A stretch of 64,000 bases of DNA, from the NCBI GenBank assembly GCA_963822585.1, contig CAWGIE010000026.1:96001-160000 (forward strand), written 5' to 3'. Position 1 is the stretch's first letter. The number at the start of each line of letters is the position of its first letter. Below, in pieces: positions 29,616-40,382 of the stretch. The position numbers and the translations under genes were made by a program. A model generated the notes under the pieces. It saw only the letters and a program-made list of their open reading frames with translations, had not been told where the DNA came from and did no database searches. The stretch is from an uncultured bacterium. GTDB lineage: Bacteria > Auribacterota > Erginobacteria > Erginobacterales > Erginobacteraceae.

Positions 29616-30479
29616 ATGACGGATGAAGTTGGTTATGTTTTCGATGCCACGGAAGCTGATTTTGCGCGGACCGTGGTGGAGAGGTCCCGCCAGCTGCCGG
29701 TGGTCGTCGACTTTTGGGCCGATTGGTGCGCCCCCTGCCGGATGCTGGGCCCGGTCCTGGAAGAAGCGGCCGCTGAACTGAAAGGCCGGATTGTTCTGGC
29801 CAAGGTTGATGTCGACAGGAACCCGGGCCTGGCGGGGCGGTACGAGATCCAGAGCATCCCCGCCGTAAAGATATTCTCCGGAGGCGAGGTGGTCGGCGAG
29901 TTCGTGGGGGCCCTCCCTGCCGACCAGGTGCGAAAGATAATCTCCGGCCTCCTTCCCGATGAAAAGGCCCCCCGGATTGAGGAGGCGAACGGGTATCTGG
30001 AAGGCGGCCGCTGGGAGGAGGCGGAGAAGATCTATCTCCAGCTTCTGGAGGAGGAACCCCGCAACCCCGCCGCCAGTCTGGGGATGGGGATCATCACCTT
30101 CCAGCAGGGCAGATTGGATGAAGCGGAGAAGTATCTGGGCGTCGTCACCAGGGAGACCCCCGGATATGAAAGGGTGCTTCCCATGCTCTCCCGGATCTAT
30201 TTCCAGAAGCTGGAAGTCCCCGATCTGAAGGAGATAACGGCCGCCCTGGCAGCAACTCCGGATGACCCGGGGGCCCTCTTCTCCCTGGCCGTCATCTATG
30301 CCCGGGGAGGAGAATACGAACGGGCGCTGGATACGCTTTTACGGGTCCTCCGGATCGACCGGGAATTCCGGGACGGAGCCGCCCGCGCCGCCTATCTTAA
30401 AATCATTGAGATTATCGGGCGTTCCTCTCCGGCGGCCAAAAAGTATGAACGGGAACTGTCCATGCTGTTATTTTCCTAG
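29616..30479 (+). CDS. Thioredoxin-TPR chaperedoxin (CnoX/YbbN-like)
   Basis: VDFWADWCAPC plus C-terminal TPR helices. Confidence 0.88.
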   Translation: MTDEVGYVFDATEADFARTVVERSRQLPVVVDFWADWCAPCRMLGPVLEEAAAELKGRIVLAKVDVDRNPGLAGRYEIQSIPAVKIFSGGEVVGEFVGALPADQVRKIISGLLPDEKAPRIEEANGYLEGGRWEEAEKIYLQLLEEEPRNPAASLGMGIITFQQGRLDEAEKYLGVVTRETPGYERVLPMLSRIYFQKLEVPDLKEITAALAATPDDPGALFSLAVIYARGGEYERALDTLLRVLRIDREFRDGAARAAYLKIIEIIGRSSPAAKKYERELSMLLFS

Positions 30480-30678
30480 CCCGTGAATCACGGGCGAGGA
30501 AAATAATAGGTGGATTCATTATTCGGTGGTATAAGGTTTTGTTGAAAAAGGCTTTTCAGTCTTGAAGAAGCGGCTGCGCATTAAACCGATATTCCATTAC
30601 TCCACCATTCCATCACTCCAGTACTCCATTTCAACAGAACAGTGGTCCGGCTGAAATGTCGGACCGCCGGCATAATTT

Positions 30679-33129
30679 ATGAATAACGCTAACAACAACG
30701 GCAAGTACATCTGCATCCACGGGCATTTCTACCAGCCGCCCCGTGAGAACCCCTGGCTGGAGGTGGTCGAGGCCGAGGAGTCCGCCTATCCCTTCCATGA
30801 CTGGAATGAACGGATAAACGTTGAATGCTACGCTCCCAACACCGCCTCCCGGATCCTGAACGGGCAGCAACAGATCATCGACATCATGAACAACTATTCC
30901 CGGATCAGCTTCAATTTCGGGCCGACTCTTTTTACCTGGATGGAAAAGAGGAGCCCCGGGACCTACTTGGCGATCCTGGAAGCGGATCTGGAAAGCCGCC
31001 GTCGGTTCTCCGGCCACGGATCGGCGCTGGCCCAGGCGTATAATCATATGATCATGCCCCTGGCGAATACCCGGGACAAGCGCACCCAGATCATCTGGGG
31101 CATCCGTGATTTCGAGCATCGGTTTAAGAGAAAACCGGAGGGAATGTGGCTCCCGGAGACGGCGGTCGACACCGAGACGCTGGAACTCCTGGCCGAGGCG
31201 GGCATTCTCTTCACTATTCTGGCGCCCCGCCAGGCGAGAAGAGTTCGCGTCCTCGGCAACTCCAATTGGGAAAGCGTGGAGGGCGGCAGAGTTGATCCGA
31301 AGATACCCTACCGCTGCAACCTCCCCTCGGGGAGAAATATCGCCCTCTTTTTCTATGACGGCCCTCCTTCCCAGGAGATCGCTTTTTCGAACCTGCTTGA
31401 CAACGGGGAATCATTGGCCCGACGGTTGATCGATACCTTCCTGCCCTCGGCTCCCTACCCCCAGCTGGCCCACATCGCCACCGACGGGGAGACGTACGGT
31501 CATCATCGCGCTCACGGAGATATGGCCCTGGCCGCCTGCCTGCGCTACGTCCAGACGGCGACCGATGTCCGCCTCACCGTATATGGGGAGTACCTTGAGA
31601 AATATCCGCCCACGCATGAAGTGGAGATCGTGGAAAACTCTTCCTGGAGCTGCGTCCACGGAGTGGAACGCTGGCGGGGAAATTGCGGATGCAACTCGGG
31701 GATGCACCGGGGGTGGACACAATCCTGGCGGCACCCTCTCCGGGAAGCCCTGGACTGGCTGCGGGACAGCCTGATCCCGGTTTTCGAACAGGGCATGAAG
31801 GGTATTTTTGACCGACCCTGGCAGGTCCGTGATGAGTACATCTCCGTGATACTGGACCGCACCCGCCGCCACGTCGAAGATTTTCTCGGCCGGAAGGCGG
31901 GGAGGGCGCTGTCGGCTTCCGAGCGGATTACCGCCCTCAAGCTGCTGGAAATGGAGCGTTACGCTCAAATGATGTACACCAGCTGCGGATGGTTCTTTGA
32001 CGAAATCTCGGGCCTGGAGACCGTGCAGATTCTGAAGTATGCCGCCCGGGCTGTTCAGCTGGCCGGAGAATGCGGCGCCGGCGGATTGGAAGACCCGTTT
32101 ACCTCATTGCTGGTCCGCGCTCCCAGTAATATCAGGCAGGTGGAGAACGGCGGCCGCGTCTATCGTGAGATGGCGCTTCCCTCCCGGGTCGACCTCCCGG
32201 CCCTCGGGGCTCAGTATGGGATAGGGTCTCTCTTTGAAGATTATCCGGAAGAGGCGGAGCTGTATAGCTGCACCGTGAAGAAAAAATCGTACGAACGCAC
32301 CCGGGCCGGCAAACGGGTCCTGGCGGTCGGTACGGCTCTACTTCGCTCCCGGACGACTCTGGAAGAGCAGGAGATCGATTTTGCCGCCCTCTACCTGGGT
32401 GACAACACCCTGATGGGGGGCGTCCAGATAGCCTCCAAAGAACGGGGGCCGCAGGATTTCGGCCCCCGGATCAAGGACGCTTTTTGCAAGAGCGACCTCT
32501 CCTCCATGATCCGGCTCATGGACAGTTACTTCCCCAACCGCATTATCGGCCTCGGGCAGCTCCTGGCGGACGAACGGCGAAAGCTGGTCGGCCGGCTCCT
32601 GGCGGGGACGGTGGCCGAGGTGGAGTCATCCGTGAAGAAACTGGCCGAGTATCATTATCCGATCATCCAGGCCCTGCGGGAAGCCGGGCTCCCCCTGCCG
32701 CCGGCTCTCTCCTGGACCGTGCAGTGCACGATCAACGCCGAGCTGCGCGAAGCCCTCGCCGCCGAGAGGCTGAATATCTCCCGCCTCCGGGAGGCGGTGC
32801 AGGAAGCCCAGAACTGGCACTTTATCCCGGACAACGATCTGCTGGAGAAACAGGCCACCACCCGGCTCAACGAGCTGATGGACCGGTTCAGCCAGGCGCC
32901 GGAAGACACCAGCCGGTTGACCCGGGTGGAGTCTTTTCTGAGAGTTCTGGATCCTCTCTCGGTCAAGATAACGTTATGGCACGCGCAGAACAGGTACTTC
33001 GCGATCGGGAAGGCTCTTCTCGATCCGCTGCGGACAAGAAAGGCCGACGGAGACCAGGCCGCGGTTCGCTGGCTCAGCCATTTCCAGAGGCTGGGAAGGC
33101 TCCTTTGGGTCAACCTCTTCCCGGGCTGA
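30679..33129 (+). CDS. GH57 family glycoside hydrolase (DUF3536)
   Basis: HGHFYQPPRENPW, GMWLPETAVD, ATDGETYGHH, MYTSCGWFFD. Confidence 0.92.
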   Translation: MNNANNNGKYICIHGHFYQPPRENPWLEVVEAEESAYPFHDWNERINVECYAPNTASRILNGQQQIIDIMNNYSRISFNFGPTLFTWMEKRSPGTYLAILEADLESRRRFSGHGSALAQAYNHMIMPLANTRDKRTQIIWGIRDFEHRFKRKPEGMWLPETAVDTETLELLAEAGILFTILAPRQARRVRVLGNSNWESVEGGRVDPKIPYRCNLPSGRNIALFFYDGPPSQEIAFSNLLDNGESLARRLIDTFLPSAPYPQLAHIATDGETYGHHRAHGDMALAACLRYVQTATDVRLTVYGEYLEKYPPTHEVEIVENSSWSCVHGVERWRGNCGCNSGMHRGWTQSWRHPLREALDWLRDSLIPVFEQGMKGIFDRPWQVRDEYISVILDRTRRHVEDFLGRKAGRALSASERITALKLLEMERYAQMMYTSCGWFFDEISGLETVQILKYAARAVQLAGECGAGGLEDPFTSLLVRAPSNIRQVENGGRVYREMALPSRVDLPALGAQYGIGSLFEDYPEEAELYSCTVKKKSYERTRAGKRVLAVGTALLRSRTTLEEQEIDFAALYLGDNTLMGGVQIASKERGPQDFGPRIKDAFCKSDLSSMIRLMDSYFPNRIIGLGQLLADERRKLVGRLLAGTVAEVESSVKKLAEYHYPIIQALREAGLPLPPALSWTVQCTINAELREALAAERLNISRLREAVQEAQNWHFIPDNDLLEKQATTRLNELMDRFSQAPEDTSRLTRVESFLRVLDPLSVKITLWHAQNRYFAIGKALLDPLRTRKADGDQAAVRWLSHFQRLGRLLWVNLFPG

Positions 33130-33132
33130 AAG

Positions 33133-34518
33133 ATGCGTCCCCCCAGAAACTTGACCGAGGGGAGCATAGTGCGGGCGATCGTTCACCTGGGGATACCCAC
33201 CATCTCCACCAGCCTGCTCCAGAGTGCGTTCAATCTGGTTGACATGTTCTTCGTCGGGAAACTCGGCCCCACCGCCCTGGCCGCCGTTACCACCAGCGGA
33301 ATCGTGATCGCTCTCCTGATAACGGTGGCGATCGGTATTTCGATGGGGACGCTGGCGCTGGTTTCCCGCTACTGGGGCGCCCGCTTGTTCAAGGAAGCGG
33401 CCCTGGTCGTGGGGCAATCGTTTTACGTCAGTCTCCTCCTCTCCGTCGGTTTCGGGCTGGGAGGGTGGCTGCTCGCGCGGCCGCTCCTTCTCTTTCTGGG
33501 GGCGCGGGGCGAGATGCTCGAACTGGCGGTGGTCTATTTCCGGATCATCAGCGCCGGGGCCTGGACGATCTTCATATTCGTAACCTTCAGCTCAGCTCTC
33601 AAGGGGATCGGCGACGCCTGGACCCCCTTCAAAGTGATGACGGTGGGGGTGGCGCTGAACTGTCTTCTCGACCCGGTCCTGATTTTCGGGTGGGCCGGCT
33701 TCCCAGCCATGGGCGTTCCCGGCTCCGCCCTGGCCACCATCATATCCCGGATAATCACCGTCGCGGCGATAACCTATTTCGCCTGCCGGGGGAAATCCCA
33801 CCTTGATCTTACCGGGGCTTTTAGCCGGATCCGTCTCCCTCTGATGGGGAAGATCATCCGGATCGGATTCTTCAGTTCCACCGAGATGCTGATCCGTTCC
33901 CTGACGATGATTTTTTTGCTTAAATTCATCGCCGTTTTCGGCACGGCCGCGACGGCGGTCTTCGGCATCGGCTCCCGGATCCGGGCGATCGTCATCATGC
34001 CGGGGATCGGGCTCGGTTATGCTTCGGGGGTCCTGGTCGGCCAGAATCTGGGGGCCGGAAGTCCCGACCGGGCGCGCCACAGCGCCTGGCTGACCTGGGG
34101 GATGTACGAGCTGGCGCTTCTGCCCGTCGTCGTCCTCCTGCTGCTTTTCCCCGGCGCCGTGGCCGGCATCTTCAATCGTGATCCCGGCGTGCTGGCGGAC
34201 GGAAAAGTGTTTATCAGCTATATCGCCGTCTCCTTCCTGTTTGTCTCCCTGACCCTGATCCTGGGGAAATCGCTTAACGGCGCCGGTGACACCGCGGGGC
34301 CGATGCTGATCACGTCCTTTTCCTGCCTTCTTCTGGTGGGTTATCTCTGGATCCGGCCCGCCGAACTGGAAAGAATCTGGCAGGCCATTCTGGGAGCGAA
34401 CGTCCTCAACGGACTGCTGATAACATGGTGGTTCAAACGGGGCCGTTGGAGTCGCCTCCGGTTCATGGCCGAGAGCCCGGTGCCGGATTTGCCTCCCCCT
34501 GATGAGGTTACCGCGTGA
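33133..34518 (+). CDS. MATE family efflux transporter
   Basis: NLVDMFFVGKLG, LKGIGD..TP, LDPVLIFG, VGQNLGAG. Confidence 0.92.
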   Translation: MRPPRNLTEGSIVRAIVHLGIPTISTSLLQSAFNLVDMFFVGKLGPTALAAVTTSGIVIALLITVAIGISMGTLALVSRYWGARLFKEAALVVGQSFYVSLLLSVGFGLGGWLLARPLLLFLGARGEMLELAVVYFRIISAGAWTIFIFVTFSSALKGIGDAWTPFKVMTVGVALNCLLDPVLIFGWAGFPAMGVPGSALATIISRIITVAAITYFACRGKSHLDLTGAFSRIRLPLMGKIIRIGFFSSTEMLIRSLTMIFLLKFIAVFGTAATAVFGIGSRIRAIVIMPGIGLGYASGVLVGQNLGAGSPDRARHSAWLTWGMYELALLPVVVLLLLFPGAVAGIFNRDPGVLADGKVFISYIAVSFLFVSLTLILGKSLNGAGDTAGPMLITSFSCLLLVGYLWIRPAELERIWQAILGANVLNGLLITWWFKRGRWSRLRFMAESPVPDLPPPDEVTA

Positions 34519-36670
34519 GTGGTCCGGTCACGGCCCGCAGCCGTTGCTCGATGGTCGGATTATCCGGCGTGAGCGCCCGGGCGGCCAGCCACGCCTGCCG
34601 GGCCTTGGCCGGTTCTCCCGCCCGGTAATAGAAGTCCCCCAGAATCAGATAGGCGGTGGCGTTCTCCGGCATCAGCCGGAGTGCTTCCTGGAGGTGGCCG
34701 AGACTTCTCTCTCTTTCCCCGGGCAAAGCGCTGAGGATCCGTCCCAATTCCAGATGCAGTCTCCCGTCCTCGGGGGCGACGCGAAGCCCCTTTTCCAGCG
34801 CCGCCACCGACGCCGTCCGGTCTCCGATTTTATCATCCGCCGCGCTCAGAAAAAGATAGAATTCCGGTTGCTCGGGTTGAATGGAGATGGCTTTATTCAG
34901 GATCTTGACTGCTTCCTCGGCCCTGCCGTCCATGACCAGGAGCTTGGCCAGTCCCAGGTAAGCCCGGGTGTTGAAGGGGAGGTTATGGATGATCTCAAGA
35001 TATTTCAGGCGCGCCTTTTCCTTCTCCCCCCGCTGCTCATAAACCAAGGCCAGTGCCAGATGGGCGGAGTCGTAAAAAGGATCGCGCCGGATAGCCTCCT
35101 CGTACTCTTTTTCGGCCCCGGATAGATCGCCGAGCTTGAAGAGGATGTTTGCCAGATTATAATGGGCTTCCGGCCGGTACGGCTCCAGTTGGAGTGCTTT
35201 CTCGAACTCGGCCCGGGCACGGTTCATGTCTCCTTTCTGCGAATAATAAGTGCCGAGATGGTTGTGGCCGGCGCCCATGTTGAGGACAAACCGCGGTTCC
35301 GTCACCAGCGACGGGTTCACCCAGACGACCAGAAGTGCCAGCGCGAAAAGGGAAATGATCATCCTGAACCAGTGCTTCCCCCGGATGTATTCCATCACTC
35401 GGAAGATCGCGTAGGCGGCGAAGAGCAGGAGAAAAGGAACCAGGGGGAGACGATAACGGGAGTTGACGAAATAAAGGAGGGTGGAGAAGATATATCCCGC
35501 GATGAAGAGGTAAAGAAGCAGGATCCGTCGCCGTATCCCCCAGCCCAGGATAAGACCCAGCAGAGAAAACGGAGCGATCACGCCGAAGACCAGGAGAGGA
35601 AGCTTCAGTATCGGGGCGATATCCCGGAAGAAATCGGGGTGAATCACGTCCGCGATCTCGAGGTTGTCCCAGAAGATCGTGAACTTCCGCCAGAGGAGGT
35701 GGATAAAGCGCCCGGGGTTCTCCTTGATGAAATCAAGGCCCTGATGGAACCAGAACGAGGAAACCTCGGACGGCTTGAGCGGCCGGCCCAGGGCTCGGCG
35801 GGCGATCTTCTCCGCGTCGTTCCGGAGGGTTGCCCCCCCGCTCCGCAGCAGGGGGGGAGGCTCAAAAACCCCGCGGGAGTGGGGATTGTTGCCGATAAAA
35901 AAGTTGATCCCCCCGTGCGCCGTCAGGGGCACGAAATCCTTCCCGACCTGCCAGTTCCGGAAGGTGACGGCCCCCATAATAACAAGCACCCCCGCCAGGT
36001 AAGCGCCCGACCGGGACCATCTCCCTCGTTCTCCCCGGAAACGCCAAAAAATCCAGACCACCACCAGAGGAATAAAACTGATGATGTGGGCGCTGGCGGT
36101 CGCGGTCAGGCCAACCAGCAGACCGGCCCCGAGCCACCCGGCCCAGCCGCCGGGCCGATCTTCCAACCGGGACAGGTAGAGAAGAACCAGGGCGTCGAGG
36201 AAGATGATCATGACCGGAGAGAGGATCGCCGAGTCATAGACGATCAGCCATCCGTACACTGACATTAAAAAAGCCGCCAGGAGCCCGATGCCGGTGCTGA
36301 AGAAACGCCGCCCGATCAGGAAGATAAGCCAGCAGTTGACGGTGCCCAGGACAACCTGAATGAACCTGGCCGCCTGGAGGTTGACGCCGGCAACGGTATA
36401 GATCAGCCCCAGAAAATACGGATAGAGGGGGAGGGCGAAAAACACGTCCTTTCCCAGCCAGTCTCCGCCGGCGATCCTGGAGGCCCAGTCATGGTAAGTC
36501 TTTGAGTCCTCGATGACCATGTCCGCGATGGGACTTTTCGCGATCTCATAGAAGAAAATGAACCGGAGAGAGAAGGCGAGGAGGAGGACGGCCGCCAGGA
36601 TAACGAACGGATTTTTCCAGAACCGCTCTTCCTCTATTTTGGCGGGAGGCTTTTTCCTGTCCTTTTTCAT
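34508..36670 (-). CDS. GT-C membrane glycosyltransferase with C-terminal TPR repeats
   Basis: PLYPYFLG, GGINFFIGNNP, SRYRLP, followed by TPR repeats. Confidence 0.85.
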   Translation of the reverse strand: MKKDRKKPPAKIEEERFWKNPFVILAAVLLLAFSLRFIFFYEIAKSPIADMVIEDSKTYHDWASRIAGGDWLGKDVFFALPLYPYFLGLIYTVAGVNLQAARFIQVVLGTVNCWLIFLIGRRFFSTGIGLLAAFLMSVYGWLIVYDSAILSPVMIIFLDALVLLYLSRLEDRPGGWAGWLGAGLLVGLTATASAHIISFIPLVVVWIFWRFRGERGRWSRSGAYLAGVLVIMGAVTFRNWQVGKDFVPLTAHGGINFFIGNNPHSRGVFEPPPLLRSGGATLRNDAEKIARRALGRPLKPSEVSSFWFHQGLDFIKENPGRFIHLLWRKFTIFWDNLEIADVIHPDFFRDIAPILKLPLLVFGVIAPFSLLGLILGWGIRRRILLLYLFIAGYIFSTLLYFVNSRYRLPLVPFLLLFAAYAIFRVMEYIRGKHWFRMIISLFALALLVVWVNPSLVTEPRFVLNMGAGHNHLGTYYSQKGDMNRARAEFEKALQLEPYRPEAHYNLANILFKLGDLSGAEKEYEEAIRRDPFYDSAHLALALVYEQRGEKEKARLKYLEIIHNLPFNTRAYLGLAKLLVMDGRAEEAVKILNKAISIQPEQPEFYLFLSAADDKIGDRTASVAALEKGLRVAPEDGRLHLELGRILSALPGERERSLGHLQEALRLMPENATAYLILGDFYYRAGEPAKARQAWLAARALTPDNPTIEQRLRAVTGPLTR

Positions 36671-36890
36671 GATCGTTGTTTCTGCTTGAATCCTTACACT
36701 GCCATTGGAAGGCTGTTCGAGTATAATCGATTGCGCTCTATTTTAAATTATAAAAGTGATTATCTCTATTTTTTCCCGGGGCTTCATACCGGGAAAAAAT
36801 ATGTTGATAGAAAACTGTTCTTTGGTAGTATGGATTCCACCGCGGTAATCGGACCGCGAAAAACAATGATTAACCGGAGGGAATAGGCCC

Positions 36891-37430
36891 ATGAAGAGAC
36901 AGGCGATAGTAGCTTTGGCCTTCCTGCTCCTGCTGGCGGCGGTTCCGGCCGCCCGGGCGGAGTTCGGGATCGGCGGCGGGATTTATTATAACCGTCAGCT
37001 GGGAGATCTGAAAAACGATAAAAATTTCGACAAGGATTTTGTCTCCTACGTCTTTTCCCTCAAGTACCAGTTCGCCGATATCCTCGGCCTGGAGGGAAAT
37101 CTCGATTACTACGACGGCAACGATACGATCGATTATACCCTGCGGCCGATGGGGACCGCGGTCCTCAGTATCCCGCTGCCCATATTCGACCTTTTCAATG
37201 CCGGGGTAGGGATCAATTCCACCTATACCAAGTACAAGGAAGCGGGAGGCGGCTCAACGGACAAGTGGTCGGATTTGAGCTATCACTTTAAAGCCGGTGT
37301 TCAGCTCCCGATCGCCGACATTCTCTGGATCTGCGGTGACTGCTATTATTTCGTCGACAACCTGAAAGATATCGAGGATTTTGATTCTGATCTGCTCACT
37401 TTTGGAGCCCGGGCGCTGCTCCGGTTTTAA
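36891..37430 (+). CDS. Outer-membrane beta-barrel protein
   Basis: Signal peptide, amphipathic strands, terminal Phe. Confidence 0.75.
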   Translation: MKRQAIVALAFLLLLAAVPAARAEFGIGGGIYYNRQLGDLKNDKNFDKDFVSYVFSLKYQFADILGLEGNLDYYDGNDTIDYTLRPMGTAVLSIPLPIFDLFNAGVGINSTYTKYKEAGGGSTDKWSDLSYHFKAGVQLPIADILWICGDCYYFVDNLKDIEDFDSDLLTFGARALLRF

Positions 37431-37491
37431 GAGAGACTGCCCGGATAAAAAATGTCAACCAGGCCCCCAGGGCCGGAAAGGAGGTAGTACC

Positions 37492-37683
37492 ATGGCGTTA
37501 AGTGATCCGCTCCAGTTTTATGATGTGAAGGCAAAGGGAAAAGTCAGCATCCCTCTCTCCCAGGTCCGCTATGAAGAAAGAAAAGGCAGGGGTTTTGCCG
37601 TGGCCAAGTCCCCTAACGGGAGCTATGACTGCTGGCGAGTCCTCGGCAAGGCTGACGCCGAACAGCTGAAAAAGATGAAGTAA
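37492..37683 (+). CDS. Small basic protein resembling crenarchaeal chromatin protein CC1
   Basis: Strong RBS AAGGAGGT; 63 aa with FYDVKAK, FAVAKSP and RVLGK motifs. Confidence 0.7.
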   Translation: MALSDPLQFYDVKAKGKVSIPLSQVRYEERKGRGFAVAKSPNGSYDCWRVLGKADAEQLKKMK

Positions 37684-37778
37684 TCCCCCCTCCGGTTCGC
37701 GGGCAAAGGAACCGGGAAGTCTTTCTCATCTTGTGTGGTATGCAAGCAGGGTAGGGCTCTACCCTGCTTGCTGCCTCT

Positions 37779-37980
37779 TCTTATTATTTTTTCTGCGAAA
37801 AAATAAGAGATGGTAATGATTCGGTCGATCTAGATCGCATGCCTGTGGTGATCGATCTTGGTTGTGGCGAGAAATATCTTTCGCGGCGTTTCTCCAGGGG
37901 AATAATTTTGTTTAAGCAACGGACTCCCCCGACTGAATCAGTCGGGGGAGTCCACTAAATTAGCGCCGGAGGCGCTAATT
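37779..37980. repeat. ~200-bp multi-hairpin intergenic element, copy 2
   Basis: Same ordered motifs as 24129-24317; ends 4 bp before ATG 37985. Confidence 0.65.
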
Positions 37981-37984
37981 TATT

Positions 37985-39160
37985 ATGACTATTGAACTGG
38001 CAGCCGTATGGATTAATCCGTACACCATAAAAAAATCGCGGACCGGAGGGGTAATCGCCCGTCTGCTTTCTCTCGGCTCAGGTGAACTGGTGGCCGCCCG
38101 GATGTTTTCTCCCAGTCAGGAGCTGGCGGAGCAATACTGTCAGCTCATCTCCCTCAAGGGGTCCGAGGAATCGATAATGGTCCGGGAGCAGATCCGTTCC
38201 TATCTGCTGCGTAATTGGGTCGCCGTAAAAGGGATGCGGGAGAAGCCCCGGGTGATGATGCTTCTCTTCCAGGGAGAGAACGTCACCGCGCATCTGAAAC
38301 AGCAGGTGGTCGGACATATCCACCGCGAGTCCGTCTCCGGCGAGACGGTCCGGGATACCTACGGTGATTACATCAAAGACTGCCGGGGGGATATCGCCTA
38401 CTTCGAACCGGCTGTTTTTCTCATCCCCGAAGCAGCCGACGCGAAAGAAACTCTTAAACTCTGGGCCCGTTTTTCGGACAGTGACGGCGGATTACTCTTC
38501 CATTCCTGTATCTATCCCCGCGGTGTGAAGCCGGAGATAACTCTGGTCCTGATGAAACCCGAGAACTTCAAGGGGCAGAGCAGCCTGGCCGGGAACGTGA
38601 TGGACATCATCTCCCGGACGGGGTTGAGGATCATCGGGGCCAAGATCGTCCACATGAGCGTCGAACAGGCCCAGGAGTTTTACGGCCCGGTGGCCAGAGC
38701 GCTTCCGGAGAGGATGAAGCCGGAGATGGCCCGGGTCTTGAGACGGTGTCTGAACGACGCCCTGGATTTCCCCATCCCGGAACCGGTCTATGAAAAGATG
38801 GCGGACATGCTGAAAAATTTTAAGGCCCGCCACGAATTCAATACCATCATCCGGGGGATGACCGGGATCAACCCCGAAGATATCTCCGGCCTCCGGGCGA
38901 AAAGAGCTCCGGGCACGGAAAAATGCCTGGCCCTCATCTACCAGGGGGATCGGGCGATAACCCGGATCCGGAGCGTTCTCGGGGCCACCGACCCCACCAA
39001 GGCGGGGATGGCGACCATCCGCCGGATTTATGGCCACAGCATCAGCCAGAATGTCGCCCATGCCTCCGATTCTCCTCGTAACGTGAGCCGGGAGATGAGA
39101 ATAATCGGGATGGAGAAAAATGACCTGAAAACGATCATCAACAGGTTTTACCGCCGATGA
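37985..39160 (+). CDS. Two-domain nucleoside-diphosphate kinase-like protein
   Basis: TLVLMKPE, LGATDP, TIRRIYG and NVAHASDS in the C-terminal half; degenerate NDK-like N-terminal half. Confidence 0.8.
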   Translation: MTIELAAVWINPYTIKKSRTGGVIARLLSLGSGELVAARMFSPSQELAEQYCQLISLKGSEESIMVREQIRSYLLRNWVAVKGMREKPRVMMLLFQGENVTAHLKQQVVGHIHRESVSGETVRDTYGDYIKDCRGDIAYFEPAVFLIPEAADAKETLKLWARFSDSDGGLLFHSCIYPRGVKPEITLVLMKPENFKGQSSLAGNVMDIISRTGLRIIGAKIVHMSVEQAQEFYGPVARALPERMKPEMARVLRRCLNDALDFPIPEPVYEKMADMLKNFKARHEFNTIIRGMTGINPEDISGLRAKRAPGTEKCLALIYQGDRAITRIRSVLGATDPTKAGMATIRRIYGHSISQNVAHASDSPRNVSREMRIIGMEKNDLKTIINRFYRR

Positions 39161-40323
39161 AGATTTCCTCTCGTTTACAGCGGATATGCCCCTCTCTCAC
39201 CCTGGAAATCACCAGTCGGGCCAAGGCCCTGAAGAGGCAAGGGGTGGATATCGTCAGTTTCGCCGCCGGCGAACCCGACTTCGATACCCCGGAACACATC
39301 AGGGAAGCGGCTAAAGGAGCGATCGATGGGGGAAAGACCCGCTATACCGCGGCCCGGGGGATGCCGGAACTAATCGAGGCGGTGCGCGAAAAGTTCCGCC
39401 GGGACAACTCCATTGATTATCCCGCTTCCGGGATCATCATCTCCGGCGGGGCCAAGCACTCCCTCTTTAATGCCTTCCAGGCGGTTTGCGGGGAAGGGGA
39501 CGAGGTGATCATCCCTTCGCCCTACTGGGTGACCTATCCTGAGCAGGTCCGCCTGGCCGGCGCGGAGCCGGTCTTTCTGGAAACGAAGGAGGAAGAAGAC
39601 TTCCGGATCGATCGGGAACGGCTGATTTCCCTGATCACCCCCCGCACCAGGGTTGTGCTTGTTTCCAGCCCGGCTAATCCGACCGGAAGCGGCTACGGGA
39701 CGGATGATCTCGAGTTTATCGCCGAACTGGCCCTCAAACATGACCTCTGCCTGATCAGTGACGAAATCTATGAGAAGCTGGTTTTCGATGACTACCGGGC
39801 GGTTAGTATCGCCTCTCTGAGCGAGGAAGTCCGGGACCGCACCATCGTCGTCAACGGGGTCTCCAAGAGCTACGCGATGACCGGCTGGCGGATCGGGTAC
39901 CTGGGCGCCCCCGAAAAAGTGGCCGCGGCGATCTGTAGTTTCCAGTCGCACAGCACCTCCAACCCGACCACCCCCGCCCAGTACGCCGCTTTGGCGGCCC
40001 TGACTGGAAGCCAGGAATGCGTCGAAACGATGCGCCGCGCCTTTGAAGAACGGAGAAACCTGATGGTGGAACGGCTGAATTCTATCCCCGGCCTCCGCGC
40101 CACGATGCCCCGGGGAACGTTCTATACCTTTCCCAACATCAGTGCTCTGGGGAAACCGTCACTGGAGCTGGCCGCCGAACTGCTGGAACGGGCCCGGATA
40201 GCGGTTGTCCCCGGGGTGGCCTTCGGGGCCGACGGCAACATCCGGATGTCATTCGCCGACTCGACGGAGAACCTGATCAAGGGCCTGGACAGACTGGAAG
40301 AATTCGTCCGGGAACAGGGATAA
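39157..40323 (+). CDS. Class I/II aminotransferase (aspartate aminotransferase-like)
   Basis: AGEPDFDTP, SPANPTG, SDEIYE, SKSYAMTGWRIG. Confidence 0.93.
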   Translation: MKISSRLQRICPSLTLEITSRAKALKRQGVDIVSFAAGEPDFDTPEHIREAAKGAIDGGKTRYTAARGMPELIEAVREKFRRDNSIDYPASGIIISGGAKHSLFNAFQAVCGEGDEVIIPSPYWVTYPEQVRLAGAEPVFLETKEEEDFRIDRERLISLITPRTRVVLVSSPANPTGSGYGTDDLEFIAELALKHDLCLISDEIYEKLVFDDYRAVSIASLSEEVRDRTIVVNGVSKSYAMTGWRIGYLGAPEKVAAAICSFQSHSTSNPTTPAQYAALAALTGSQECVETMRRAFEERRNLMVERLNSIPGLRATMPRGTFYTFPNISALGKPSLELAAELLERARIAVVPGVAFGADGNIRMSFADSTENLIKGLDRLEEFVREQG

Positions 40324-40382
40324 CTGCGTCTATGGGGGGGTAAATAACGAGGGGAGTCGCCTAAACCATACCGTACTGGAGG

